Both the position numbers and the translations under genes were made by a program. The notes below the pieces were generated by a model. The model was not told where the DNA came from. It saw nothing but the letters and a program-made list of their open reading frames with translations, and did not search any database. Of a DNA stretch of 64,000 nucleotides, positions 26,856 to 41,089 are shown piece by piece. Origin of the DNA: Octopus sinensis (taxonomy: Eukaryota); the NCBI RefSeq assembly GCF_006345805.1, contig NC_043003.1, positions 87,792,001 to 87,856,000 on the forward strand, given 5' to 3'. Each line of letters starts with the position of its first letter. Within the stretch, counting starts at the first letter, position 1.

Positions 26856-29800
26856 CAGGATGGTATCAAAAAGTCCCTGGACTAATTATGTTTCATAAAA
26901 AATAACTTATTTACCTGAATTTTAACATCATCTCCTTCAAAACAGTCACCTTGTGCAGCAATACACTGGTCATGGCTTTCTTGCCACTTTTGGAATCCAA
27001 CCTGGAAGTCGTTTTCTGTAAGTGTATCATGGACCTTCTGCAATTCACTCTTCATCTCAATAATGGTGTTAAAACAGTGACCTTTGAGCTGCATTTTTTC
27101 ATCTTGAGGAAGAGAGGGAAGTCCACAGGTACTAAATCTGGCAAATAGGGCAGGTGCAGAAGCGATACCATATTGTTTTTGGCGAGAAACCCATGAGTGA
27201 AGAGAGCTCACTAACAAGGTATTTTGTTGTTGTAAAGAATCCAATTCTTCATGCTCAACAGATCTGGTTGCTTTCGCTAAATGTCTTCTGTTGAACACTT
27301 CAAAATGTTGCAGTAGAACTCTCAATTGATGGTCTGGCCCTGCACAATACCATGGATGTTGAAAAAAAAAATGATGATCGTGCTCTTGATCGAGCTGCAG
27401 CTCTGTTGTGCCTTCTTCGGTCATGGAGATGAAGGGCTCTTCCATTGTGACAATTGCTGTTTCATCTCAGGGTTGTACCTGTAGATCCAACTCTTGTCAC
27501 TGTTGATAATTTTTGATATAAAGGATGGGTCGTCAGTGACACACTGACAGAGATCTAGACAGACTTTGATGTGATGTTCTTTCTACTCAATGGGCTAGAG
27601 GTGGGGGACAAACTTATTTTTTAATTAACCTTTTATTTCCAGTTTTCCCTGTTATAATATGAAACAGCACGGCCAGGGGACCATGAAGTTTTGTATAAAA
27701 CAAATGGAGAACAGGACTCTTTTATTTTTGTAAGAGAACGAAACAAAAAATAAACTTATAAATAAAATTTTAAAAAAACAAATAAAGAGAAGAGAGAGAA
27801 CAGGATGAATAAAAAATAAATAAATAGAAGAAAATAAAATAGACTACACACTTAATTGTCAATCACTCATAAAATCATAATACAGTTCTACAAGAAGTAA
27901 CACTAGAGGACTACCATGTGTATACAAACTCAAAGTAGAGCCTTCATTTTCTATAAAATTCATCTCGCTTGTTTTCCTTAAATGATCTGTTTTTTCAATT
28001 AGATATCTGTCGTGCACAAAGTTTCTAAAATGTTTGAAGTTGAGAGTGTTTTTTGCTATTTTGCTTTTGTATATAAAAAATTTTGCTAATAATATTAGCA
28101 AGTCAAAGATGCCATCAGTATATGTGTTTTTTCTCAATCCGAATAGAATGAGCTGTGGGTCAAGTTTCATGTATGCACTTTTCATACAGCAAATCTAAGA
28201 AGCATTGCCAGAAGACTCGTACACATTCACAATACCAGAAAAGGTGTGACACCATCTCCACATCATGTTGACAAAAAGTGCACAGGTTGCTTTTGGCAAG
28301 TTTAATCTTGAATAATAGAGAATTAGTTGCTAAAATATTGTGTATAATTCTAAACTGGAACCATTGTAACTTAGTATCTGTTGTTGTCTTTATAGGTAGT
28401 AAAAATATTTTTCCCATTCCAGTTCAGCAAGTATACACTCTTCCCATTTGTGTTCGAATATTAAATAAGTCTCAACATTATTTAAAACATAGAAGTATCA
28501 TTTGGCTCCTTTCCTAACAGACATGAGCTTTTGGATAGCTGTATTATCCTTTAAATGTTGGAAAGCAGTAGGTTTGCTTATTTTAAACTTTTTTTGGTAG
28601 CTTTTAATCGCTCTGATAAGCCCATTATACTGGAGAAAATTTGTATCTAGTTTAAATAAATTCTGGAATTCTTCCAGGGTATAGTAAGATCCATCTAAAT
28701 TGATAAAGTCACAAATCTTGCTAACACTTCTCTCAAACCATGCAGGAAAGAAGATTGCCTCTTTACCGACCCTTAAGTTTTTATTAAAGTAAATTGGTTC
28801 TGAATTCATCAAATGAATTAGGCTCCATCTTATTTGTAAACTTGTCAAAGACAGAAAATACAATCATGCGAAAAATAATTCCCAATAGTGTTAGCTAGTT
28901 TACTCAGGAAAATGTTACCAAATACAGCTAAATTTTTTAGTTTTGTGGAGGAAGCATGGCATAAGAGTTTCCATTTGGATTCATAGTGAATGTCCATCAA
29001 CTTTCTCATCCAGGATAGTTTTAAAGAGTTGACGTAAGCAAAAGCTTCTACCATACCAAGTCCACCTTTAACAAGCTTACAAGCAACAGCTCTCTTAATT
29101 TTTTTCTGGTTTCCCACTCCAGAGAAATTTAAATAATATTTTGTTTAGTTCCTGAAGAAATTTACCCAGTGGATTTGGTAGAGTAAGGAAGAGGTAGTTC
29201 AATTTTGAAATGAGTAGTGATTTTATAACTGCAATTCTACCCATTGGTGTAATTATTCGTTTCATCCATCTATTAATTATTACCTGAATTTCAAATAATT
29301 TATTTTCAAAATTCTTTTTGGCTATGTCCTTTAAATCTATTGAGAGTATTACAACTACAATCTTGAAGTGACTTGGGTTCCATTTTATATTTAAATTAGG
29401 TAAGTATCTGACTACACTACTCCTTCTTGAACCTATCCATATCCCCTGAGACTTATAGTTAATTTTAAGTCCGGATATATCAGCAAAGAAATTCAAGGTG
29501 TCTACTGTAGCCAGGACCTCAACACATAGGATAAAAATATATGGAGAGAGAGTATTACTCTGTCTACATCCCCGCTCAACAGGGAAACAAGGAGACAATG
29601 TACCATTAATTAATAGGCAAGATTTAGCTCCATTGTACAGAATATCAAACCATTTACGGATGTCATCACCAAAGCCAAAAAAAGCTAGTGTCTTGTTTAT
29701 AAATGACCATGAAACAGAATCAAATGCCTTCTCAAAATCTATTAAAAACAACATTCCCGATATGTCATTTGATTCTGTGTAATTCATTAGATCGTATATC

Positions 29801-32789
29801 AATCTTACATTATCCCCAATGTATCTGTTAGACATGAATCCTGTTTGATCAGTACTAACCAACTTTGGGAGAATACTTTTAAACCTCCCAGCAATAACAG
29901 ATGAAAGTAGTTTGTAAACAGTATTGAGAAGTGAAATAGGTCTCCAGTTCTTCAAAAAACACTTGGGCTTATCTCCTTTTGGAATACAGGTAATAATACC
30001 TTGCTTCTATGTCATTGACAGATAACCTTTAGCAAAGCTATAGTTGAATGACCTTAACAAAAACAGAAATAAATCCTTCCAAAAGAATTTATAAAAATCA
30101 TAGGTGAACCCATCCGAACCTGGACTTTTATTGTTCTTTGTCTTTTTCAAACATTTCAAAAGTTCATCATGAGTTACTGGGCCTTCCAATGAGTTAGAAT
30201 CTCCTTTACTAAGCCTATATATGTCCCCTTCAGAAAAAGTTCATCAAGATCACAATCTTATAACACATGCTCCTTAGAAGAATACAATCTTTCATAAAAT
30301 GATGTTACTTCAAGAACAATATCCTTTGTATTTTCTATAGTAGATCCATTATCTAACTCTAATTGGGCCATGCCTTTACTTACAAAATTCTTATTTTCTA
30401 AATTGCAAAAACAACGGCTAACCTTCTACCCTTCATCTATCCACTTGGCCTTTAAGCGAATAATACCCTCCATTTTGGCTTTACGAATCTCTTCTATCTT
30501 TTTTCAAGCTTCTCAGTTTCTACCAAATTGGTTTCCAGTTGCTTAATATCATCTAGTAGATCTTGTTCTTTTACTCTAAATTTTTTAAACAATGAGGCAT
30601 ATGAAATAGTTTGAATAGTATTAAAGATATGAAAATGATAAACTGACCTTATTCTTAAGAAAAATATAATAAATGACAGTTCCCAAGTTCAAAACTTCCT
30701 TTCCAAAAGAGATGTGCATCAATAATGTACGTTTTATCTAGGGAGGTTTTTTCTGGGTGTTGTGCCTTGTGAGGTATTTCTATTGAAATAAGTATAGAGA
30801 TGTTTCGTAAAAGTTCTCTGTAATGGTCTTATGTCATTTGGATGTTTTTCTTTTAAATCTATGTATATAAATTTTATATTTTCCAGTGTTTGGGAGTGTT
30901 GGGGCTTCGTATGGAGATATGTTTTCGTTTTTGTTTATCATTTGTACTAAGTTAGTGTTGTTTGTATTGAATGTGATTATGTTTATAACTGTATCTGTGG
31001 GTAGTGGGTTGGGCCTTTGAATTTTGTGTGTGTGGGTGTGCATGTAGGTGTTTCAATACTTTGCGTGGTAGAGTGTGAGGGGGAGTTGTTCATCCTCTTG
31101 CGTCTTCTTTTAACCTCCCTCCATTCATTCTCCACTTCTTCAGATGTTGTTGAAGTTATTTTCTCAGGGATGTCTCCTTTTGGTTGTTTTATCTCTTCTA
31201 GCACTATTATTGGTGTGTGTTGTTTTATTACAGTATTGATCGTCTTCTTCAGTTTGTGGGGGATCACTGTTTGTAAGGGATTCTGTTGGAACTGTATCTT
31301 GTGTGCATTTAGTTTTGATATGTACTTTCATGCCGCACAGGTAGCATCTTGGCCTTCGCCCATCCACTAATACTTTTAGAGCAGTTTCATCTGGCAGTTC
31401 TTCTAAATCTTGCTGAGTGGCCTGAATTATGAGTTCTAGACCCTGGCCCCACCGGTTCTGCTGGCACAGCTTGGTAGCTTGAAGGATGGTAATTTTATCC
31501 TTCAAATTTATTAATATAGCTACCATCAGTCACGTCATGTCAATTTCCAGCAGTACCTTCCCTATTTTTACTTTTGACGTTCTCTTGCCTAAATATGTTG
31601 GCAGCAGCACTAATTCAGTTGATTTTAAGGGAGATGTTGAATGCATCTTCGCTTCATCCTCAGAAGCGAATCTTACTTTGACAGTTCTAGAGTGCTTTCC
31701 TCTGTTTAAGTACGTTGTTTTATTCCATATTGGCTGTAGGCATTTTTCTATTGACTCCTTAGTAGCTTTATCAATTTTTTTTGTTTTAAGAGACCAAGTT
31801 TTGTATACAATTGTTTGTTTCTTCGTAATGTGAATTACATCACCAGGTGGGTTGAGACTTACATTTGTTCCTTCCTTTTTGATTATACACATATATTTTT
31901 CCAGAACGTCTGGGCTGACCTGCAGAATTTCACATGTAACACTGGCCACAGATGCAAAGTTAGCATCATTATTATTACTTTCCGAGTTGGCTTCTTTTTG
32001 CATTTCTTGTTCATGTATATTCTTCCTTTCCTTCACTACACAACCTGGGAGAGACAGGGAACATTTCCAGATATAGCTTGTCTGCCTGCATCTTGTTCAG
32101 TATCCATTTGTAAAAAAAAAAAACCTCCCTTTAACAGGGAAAAAACACAACCCTGCTTACTCAGGTAGTATGTCAAAAAAGACACTGAGAACAGTAAATA
32201 ATGGTAACAAATCAACAATTCTTAACAGAGCAGCAGAAAAACACATCCAATAGTATAGCCATCGGGTCCATGTTCCGGTGGGGGGGGGGGGCAAACTTGG
32301 CAGACACACCGCATGTTCACTTCAAACATTAGGATTGCCTGCCTGGACCCATATATGACAAGACCAACAACATCAGCAATGTTGTTGATTGTTCTTCAAT
32401 AATCTTCATGCACAAGCTGGTGAAGTTTCTCCACTTTTCGCTCATCTTCCAGGGATGTTCTTCTGCTTTTGAAGTGCCTGTGCCACTCAAAACATTGCGT
32501 ACAGCCTCACTGCTGTAAGCTTGAAGCATGCTCAATGTCTCTGTAGCAGATTTCCTATGTTTAGCACAAAATTGCATGTTGATTCTTTGTTCCAACTTTC
32601 TGTCCATGATAAAAATCACAGACTACAGCATACAACAAATTTCACAACTTGTGTGAAGTAATCACAGCAATGCCACTCGGCACACTGCCTCATGAAGGTG
32701 ACTGCTAGCTCTCACTGCACACACAACTGTGTGCTGCCATCTGTTGGCATGCTACAGAACTAGTCCGGGAATGTTTTGATATCACCTTG
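26856..32789 (-). mobile_element. Mariner DNA transposon split by an L1/Tx1 insertion (parts 26856-27615 and 32278-32789)
   Basis: TA-flanked 29-bp imperfect TIRs (CAGGATGGTATCAAAAAGTCCCTGGACTA; reverse complement at the right end CAAGGTGATATCAAAACATTCCCGGACTA); N-terminus MDRKLEQRINMQFCAK..SATETLSML; C-terminus KMQLKGHCF..FEGD. Confidence 0.85.
27616..32277 (-). mobile_element. L1/Tx1-clade LINE, internally deleted
   Basis: ORF1 remnant with CCHC knuckle CYLCGMKVHIKTKC; ORF2 remnants KNWRPISLLN, DQTGF, DFEKAFD and a C-terminal CTFC..HLFWYC finger; AATAAA and short A tail; TSD GTGGGGGACAAACTT (27601-27615) versus GTG(G)nCAAACTT (32278-32298). Confidence 0.88.
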
Positions 32790-32791
32790 TA

Positions 32792-33250
32792 CTTGATATT
32801 AGAATAAAGGAGCATAAGGACTGGTTTGATGATTATGATGTGACTATCTACCAGCTACACCAAACAAGCTCTTCAAGAAAAGATTATGAAACAGTGCCCT
32901 TTGGTACAGCCTATTACAGAGAGGACTTTAAGGAGAACAAACCAATGATACAATGGGAGCTAAGAAGAGCTAAAAATGAGTGGTGCTCAAAGTCCTTTTC
33001 AGAGATTCAAACAGTCTATCATGCAAAGGATTTGAAACTGTTCTATGGTGTTCTACATGAAGTGTTTGGTCCATCAATTTCTATTGTAGTACCTTTGAAG
33101 TTCAAGGACAACACTACTTTCATCAAAGAACAAGCAATAATCCTGCATGAACACTTCACTGATTTAGACAATGCATCAGTAGTCAATGATAATGTTATAG
33201 ATGCAGAAATACATCAACGGATTTAGAAAGCTTCTGTAGCCTTTGGCCAA
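32792..33250 (+). pseudogene. Continuation of the BovB-like RTE interrupted at 26853
   Basis: HKDWFDDYD..LRRAKNEWCS..FYGVLHEVFGP linker, then DAEIHQRI*KASVAFG. Confidence 0.7.
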
Positions 33251-33384
33251 GACCAAACTAAGCATTTACAAGACTTCCATACTAATGGCCCAATTATAAT
33301 AGCAGAATGAAGTGAAAAGAAAGATAAAAGAAAAACGAGAAAAGTTTGATTATTTGAACATGAAGATTTGATGTAAGATGAAAC

Positions 33385-33390
33385 TTTATT
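33385..33390 (-). terminator. Candidate KAT8 polyadenylation signal AATAAA
   Basis: TTTATT on the + strand about 730 nt past the KAT8 stop, with a U-rich tract downstream on the minus strand. Confidence 0.4.
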
Positions 33391-34119
33391 TACCAATAAA
33401 GTAAAAATGAAAAGATGTAATCATAAAAAACAGCTGGTTTTTTTTTTCCATGATAGGTAAACTGGAAAATAATTTCTTTATCCTGTTTCCTTTCCGTTAT
33501 TTTGAGTTCTTCAACACAAAGACTTTACAAACAGTAAGAATCTACATGTAGTGTTTAGGTAATCCCATAGGAAGATTCAGTGGCTTCAGTATCAAACATT
33601 AAACTGTTTCCTTCAAGGGGCTGCAAAAACAAAGAAGCCCCAGGGTTCAGCTTGTATATGCTAAATTTACAGCCAAAGTTGAAAATTTTATCACAGAATT
33701 TAAACAAATTGAAGAAATGTTGTGTAGTTGGAAATAACATTTTCTTGTTGCTAAAATATTTTTTTTTTAAATATAAATTTCTTCTTAGCATCTTTCTTTT
33801 TAGGTATCGGGCCTCTTGAAATATCAGCAACTTAATATATGCAATGGACTTTATCAAACTGAGGTGCCATAAAAGTAAATGGAAAGTACATCTCAGAATA
33901 AACAAAGAATGTTCCTTAAGCAGTAAAACTTTTTGTGGAGCTGTCAACAGATGTCATATATTTCTATGTAATATCAAGTTAGTCTGTAAATGCTGAGTTT
34001 GAGTTCTTACCACCCCCCTTCTGCTCATAAAGTTTAAAAAGCGAGTCTCGATATATTGACTAATTATGACAATAATATCTTAGTTTCCAAATTCCTGACT
34101 AATAAAAGATGTTGATAAT

Positions 34120-34336
34120 TCATTTCTTAGTTGTTTTTGGCATTTTCCGAGGAGGCTCCCATCTCAGACAAGAAGGATCAACCATCAACACAGGTTTACG
34201 ATACTGTGCACTTTTCAAATGTTCCTCAACTAATTTAGGAGTGACACAAATCACATGCTGCCCTTTCCAATATTTCACCATGTTTAATGACTGTAAAGTA
34301 CTGATTATATCATTCTGTGTTATACTTGTCATTTGA
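34120..34336 (-). CDS. KAT8: KAT8/MOF last coding exon
   Basis: Acceptor ttgcag|T; (S)[50 protein letters not shown], matching the human KAT8 C-terminus as I recall it. Confidence 0.97.
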
Positions 34337-35092
34337 CTGCAATAGAAACAAAAAAAAAAACATTATACAACAAAGACAAAGAAGAGATAATATATTGAAG
34401 GTAAAGGCTTAAGTGAGAGAAATCAAGAAAACATTCTTCTAGTTCTTATCCATATTATCAGATTCATAGACAGTAATAATAACTTTCTAAGAGTTTTTCC
34501 ACTGTTGTTACTGACATTTAAAATTCTATAGTGTCCATTTTCTTGCCATTTTTGTGAAAGAACAAATGAAGATGGTTTTACTGCATCAATTATTTTCTAC
34601 GCCCAGATGTCTTTTCTTTTTCTTAATTATTCAATCACAGCCTTTTACAGATGGAACTTATTACTAGTTCTTGCTCTACATGATCTAAGTTTGAACATGA
34701 AAATTTACATTGAAAATATTAAAAATTCCTTGTCGAACTTACTCAACAAAGCAGCAAGACGATATTGAAAAAAAAACCCATAGAAATCAATATTCAGACT
34801 GCATCCTTCATGTTTCTGTTTTGATTGATAAATCTTTTCCTATCTTCACATTTCCTTTCATTGCTTTTAATGAAAAGTTTCTATATTTTTAAACATAGCA
34901 CTTCCATTCTATGAAATTAGAAATAAATATTCTGATTTCAAACCTAGCTTAGGGAATTGTATATAAGTAGGTTGCTTGAGATTGGACTGATTAGAAGCCA
35001 AAAACAAGTAAAGGTTAACAAATTTTAGAAATATTATTAATATTTTAATTATAGAATGAGCTTTATTTTTTCAACAATCACATTAAATTTTA

Positions 35093-35272
<180 letters not shown>

Positions 35273-37749
35273 TTAGCAATATTCAACACAGCTTGAATTG
35301 TTAGCTACCTATGCATTCCAACTAACACTGTGATTTCACTGCAGGTTAAGTATGTGGTAGATAGGTAAGTTAAACTGAATCAGTAGATGCATGTAAAAAG
35401 GGAAGACCCTGTGTACTTGTTTGGCATGTTACCATTAGCAGTCAAATCTCTCTCAAATAATACCTAATCATTTAAAAAAACACTGACACATTGGAGAATA
35501 TTCCTAGATACACTATGAGTGAAAACCACACAGGATAGTCATGGCCAGAGTGCCTTCAATCTTATATTTGCTCTATCAAGGCTGATCAGACATTAAAGAA
35601 CACGTTACAGGGACCTACTCTGCAGTTGCTTGACAGGGCAGAAATATAGAGACAAAGGGTCCACTCTGTTGGCTTGTTTCATTATATTTTATATAAGCAT
35701 ATACTCATATAAAATACTTACCATATTATATATCATGTATAGTATTATATCATGTCATATCATCATACACTTAAATGCTGTTTATATCAGGAATAAGTAC
35801 TTATCCATTACCACAACATAAATTCAACTTACAATTTGTTTTTGAACTGTTTGGAATCCTTTCCTTTAACCACATATTTTCAACAATCAGCATCCTCCTT
35901 TCCAACATAGTTTCTATTTTATTCTATCTCTAAAGTCACTATCTTACATTCTGAAATAGTTTGTCTTTGCTGATTCTTTATAAAGCAACTATTGCAGCAC
36001 TTACATCCATCCACTACTTCATTCTTTTTATTTCCTTCCTTTACCTCTTCTTCCATTTACTGTCTCTTATTCTTTCTATTTCCTTTCTGCTGTCTTTTTA
36101 TTATTTGCTGATTTGTCAAAAAACAAAGCCAAACTCCTGTTTTCATTGTTGCATGTCAACATAATGCTATTTATTTTCATTGCTTTATACATTAACAACG
36201 AAATGTGCTAAACTAAACTGTACTGAAGTACCATATGTTTTAAGTCATAAATCTTAATTCAACAAACCTCACAATTACATGAAACAGTTTCTACATACAG
36301 CTGCCCATTAAATACTTCATTCAATTAACTCCCTTCATGCAAAAAGTGTGCAAACAAAGAGTTTATCAGTGCAATCCCTAAAACAGAGTCTCTCATAATT
36401 TAGAAATAAGGACATCCTAAATAATGTAATTCTATATACATTATGCCAGAAAAATAATTCAGGATTATACATCTACTTAATCAGAGATCACTGAAGTCCA
36501 ATATTTCCTCAAAATTTTACAAACCACTAAGTGGAACTTTAGATGCTTTGAAGAAAAATATTCCAAATTGAAACTAGTGCCCAGCATCTCAAACTTTAAC
36601 ACAGCTTATTAAAAACTTGTTTGTAAATTCAATTTGAGTGGCAACATTCTGATGCATGTGATACCAATACAGCAACTGTACAACTGCACAGCTTAGAGGC
36701 AAAGTTACGAAGCTCAAAGCAATAACCACTGCTCAAGTTATAACAGTTAACTGTTAGATATCAGTTATCTCATCTAAACTCATTAAAACTTCAAGACAGT
36801 TTCTGTAAACAGCCTGTCATTGACCCTGTATTCAATTTATTTTAAGTCTTTCAGTTTTTTTCTTTATGACACCATCACTGGATCACCAACAAAAACTAGA
36901 ACAGATGTTTCTTTAATAAGTCATTGCAATGAAAACAATTATTGATTTTATATCACTGAATGATATAGATCAAACAACTGACAGATGTAGTTTGGCAAAC
37001 AGGTGATAAATGTAGCACAGTACTATAAAGATTGACAAATTTTTCTCCTCAATGGCCAATCTAAAGAATATTTCAGTGTAATATATTAAGTATATTTTTA
37101 TGCTATCTTTCAGTGATTGCAGTTTTCTTTTTGCCTGATTGAGTTATTTTTGTTGTTGTTGCTGAAAAGACTAGATTTCTAAAGTGGATACTTTTTTTTA
37201 CTGTTAAATGTCCATCTATGAAGCAGAAACATTTTTGTCAGTCAGGCAAAATGAGTGAAGTTATTACTTGGTCAAAAAAGATACAACAGCTGGAGTACTA
37301 TTTGACCTTAGGACCATCAGATTAATAATTCACTCAAAATACCTCATAATACATTAAATGGTTTTAAATTTGTGAACACACACACGCAGAGTGTTTAAAG
37401 TTGCAAGCAAGACAAAGTGTATGCAATAAACATGGTAGTTATTTGTATGGAGTTGATTTACTTGCAAGCTACTCAGGGTTTCTCAGATGTTTGGTCAGAC
37501 CAAAGAAAAGTAGTCTTCAAATTTCAAGTAATGTTACCTTGTCACAAGCACAAAAGCTGAAATACAGCAGGTAGTCAATGTTTTACACTAGGTTTAATGG
37601 TTTTAAATTTTTGGCAGGACTTATTTAGATATATGACAGACAGGTCTGTTCAGTTAACAAGATTGCTTCAAAATCGTGTACTTTCAGATTTGATCATATT
37701 GTGTAATGTTTGTTGCAAATATCTTCCATTATAAGCTTGGGTTGATCAA

Positions 37750-38070
37750 TCACCATCATTTTTTATTATCATTTAACATCTGTTTTCTATGATGGCATGG
37801 GCTGCCGTATGTATATTACCATTATCATCCTAATTTTAATGTTCACTTTTCCATATTTGCATGCTTTAGATGGAATTCGTTGAGACAGATTTTCTACAGC
37901 TGGCAACACTTCCTGTCACCAAACCTCAAGTTTTCTTCAGTTTCAGTCTACCAAATCTATTCACAAGGCTTTGATTGGCTTGGGGTTATAGTAGAATACA
38001 TATACCCAAGGTGCCACACAGTGGGACTGAATTTGAGACCTTGTGGTTGGGAAGTAAGCTTCTTAACCAC
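37750..38070 (-). mobile_element. Degenerate SINE with RTE-like tail
   Basis: Minus strand GTGGTTAAGAAGCTTACTTCCCAACCAC..CAGTCCCACTGTGTGGCACCTTGGG head. Confidence 0.6.
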
Positions 38071-38278
38071 ACACACACAAAAACAGCAAAAATAATAAAC
38101 AAGTAAAAAATACAAAAGAGGAAAAAAGAAAAAATACTAAACACATAAAAGTATACATATGCCTACAAACATGACTGTAAACACAAAAAATACATAAAAT
38201 GGACATATCGAAAAACATGTATATATGTATATATATGCTTGCACATACATATATCTACACGCACATTGTGTATACATG

Positions 38279-38318
<40 letters not shown>

Positions 38319-38449
38319 CATGCTTGCACATACATATATCTACAAGCACATTGTGTATACATGCATATATATATATAATATACACACACACACACACACA
38401 TGTATACATACATATGCATGTGTGTCAGTGAAAACCCAAACACTGAAAT

Positions 38450-39430
38450 AGCATAAAAAGATATCCAAATATATTACAAGGGGGGCATAGGCCCTCTAAG
38501 TCGAACAACTCAAAAAGTTCAGTGTACCCGTGGAGAAAGGCAGTCTGATGTAAATAGGTATAAAGTTCTGGGAGTGGTACAGAAATAGACAGGAGGAAAA
38601 GAAGTCAGTTGGAGTCAACCAGGATTCATATCAGCTCCTTTGTAGATGCAGTTTAGCTCATAATATAACCTTTCTGTAGATGCAATGTGACACATATCCC
38701 ATATATGAAACTACATTAACAAAGAACAGTAACCCAAGAGGTAACCATTAACATAGTATAACAAGAGGGAAAGGTATAAATGTAGACATTCACAGGAAGT
38801 GAAAGAGATAGAGAAGGGGCCCCAGAGGGTATATAGGTAGTGAAATCCCCCAGTTGCGAAAAGCAAGTTCAATAGCGCACTACCACTCATCACCATGGAT
38901 TGGGTTCTTTCTTGATCAGTAGCATTAGAACATCCTGGTCTTTCAGTGGATACAGTAAGATACCTATTTTGTTATGTTTATTAAGGATGCGCTCGACATT
39001 GGTCAAAATAATTTCTAATCCTTCCCTTGTGCATAAACCACACAGTTGCCTACCACCCTGGTATGGTACTGCATGCCCACATACTGACCAAAACAAGGTA
39101 CAACTAACTGTACTATCTTTTAGTTCATGGACAAATATGTTCATTAATGAGGTAAAATGCCTAAGTCTTGGGTTGGAGAAGGAGTGTTTATACATCGAAG
39201 TGCATTGCTTGGCATGGTTGATAATGGCCCCTAAGTAGAACCCATTACTATTATGCATAACCACTTTACATTTGTATACTATGTCAGAGCATATTCACTG
39301 CCCTCATAGAGGGCAGGGTTAATTTGACCAGCAGTTACAACCAGGCAAAGGGGGCAGGGGTTCAGTAGTCCATTGTGGAGCAGTTGTGATGATGAGACTT
39401 GGTTCCACCTTCACTTATGTTTGGGTTTTC
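38450..39430 (-). mobile_element. Penelope-like element remnant (GIY-YIG endonuclease and 3' region)
   Basis: CNC..CPL.G..IVYKCKV..FYLG..HSFSNPRLRH..FVHELKD..W..AVPYQGG..CGLCTRE..LNK, the layout of a PLE GIY-YIG domain with CCHH-type residues. Confidence 0.75.
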
Positions 39431-39699
39431 ATGGCTGCACGCACATGTATATATATTTATGCACACACATGCATTTGTGTGTGTGTACAACCAAGTATGT
39501 GTGTATATATATATATATTTTTATGTATTCTTTGTGTGTGTAGTCCTGTTTGTGTAGGCATGTACATATGTACACCTTAATGTATTTTGTATTTTTGTCT
39601 TCTTTCCTTTTACATTGTATATTTTACTCATTTATTTATTCTTTTAACCATTTTTGTGCATATATGTGTGTGTGTGTGCATATATGTATATGCACACCC

Positions 39700-39730
<31 letters not shown>

Positions 39731-40225
39731 TCAAAGGACATACTGAGTATGTCTACCTGTTGGAAATAACAATCAAAACTCTTATTTAAACCTCCTATAT
39801 TATTAATTCTGTTATCAATTTAATTATTTTATCTTAGATAATGATAGAGTTAATGGTAACTTTACAAATATTTTCTACTGAATTATTTGCTCCCTATTGA
39901 AAATATATATATATACATATATATATATATATGCGTGTGTATATTTGTTAGTAAATAAATATATGGCTGTGTATATATCAGTACATAGGTGTATATATGT
40001 GCATATGTGTGTATGTGTATGTATACACACACACACACAAAATGGGACAGAACGCAAAACATCCGGACAACTGGGTGATACAAAAAGGGGACAACAAAAC
40101 ATCCAGATAGACAATACAAAGAAAACATGGACAGGTCATTCGAAGTTTTCTATCGTCAGTCAAGAACCAGATTATCCTCGCAATTTCGGCTATATATATA
40201 TATATACACACACACATACATATAC

Positions 40226-40260
<35 letters not shown>

Positions 40261-40759
40261 AGTAGGCGAGTATGTGTGTGTGCATACTTGCATGTGTGTC
40301 TATATGGTTTACGTCCTTTGTATTGGACATGTATTTATGCCTAACTGGCTACCTCTGTCTAGTTCATGGCCTAATGACCTCTCCCTATCAGACCCTTGGC
40401 CATGACAATTTACTAGATCCTCTGTCTTTTTTATTCTTGTCTCTTTTTTTCCTTCTCTATTTCTCTCTTACTTCCTGGCTTTGACACAAGCATGGCATCA
40501 TTCTGACTTCCTTGAAATGATACTTTATCTATTTATGTGACCTGCAAGGTTTGACCATTTGCATAACGGAGAGAAGTATATATATTCAGAGATTCAATAT
40601 ATTTGACAGGATACTGATGAGGTGAAATGCATGATTACATAATGCCTCTACTTGTATGTAATTATTACCACATTTGACTGAAAAGTGTGTATGTTCTATA
40701 GAGCTTTGAATATCACACAGGTTTTCTGCTTATTTCTTTCTATATATATGCATAAGTAT

Positions 40760-41089
40760 TCTTAAAAAAAGACTCCGCCGGTTACGACGACGAGGGTCCC
40801 AGCTGATACGATCAACGGAACAGCTTGCTCGTGAAATTAACGTGCAAATGGCTGAGCATTCCACAGACACGTGTACCCTTAACGTAGTTCTCAGGGATAA
40901 TCAGCGTGACACAGAGAGTGACAAGGCTGACCCTTTGAAATACAAGTACAACTCATTTTTGCCAGCTGAGTGGACTGGAGCAACGTGAAATAAAGTGTCT
41001 TGTTCAAGGACACAACGCGTCGCTGGGAATCGAACTCACAACCTTACGATCATGAGCCGAATGCCCTAACCACTAAGCCACGCGCCCTC
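40760..41089 (-). mobile_element. Young, intact tRNA-derived SINE with 11-bp TSD
   Basis: A box TGGCTTAGTGG, B box GAGTTCGATTCC, then TGTGTCCTTGAACAAGACAC core; flanked by TGCATAAGTAT at 40749-40759 and 41090-41100. Confidence 0.9.

Noticed and set aside
40138-40190. Hammerhead-like CTGACGA-TA-GAA-AAC-TTC-GAAT on the minus strand
   Set aside because: GAAT instead of GAAA, a 3-bp helix II and no convincing helix I or III; at best degenerate.
41000-41089. tRNA gene
   Set aside because: A and B boxes are present but run into a SINE body with a TSD; no complete acceptor stem.
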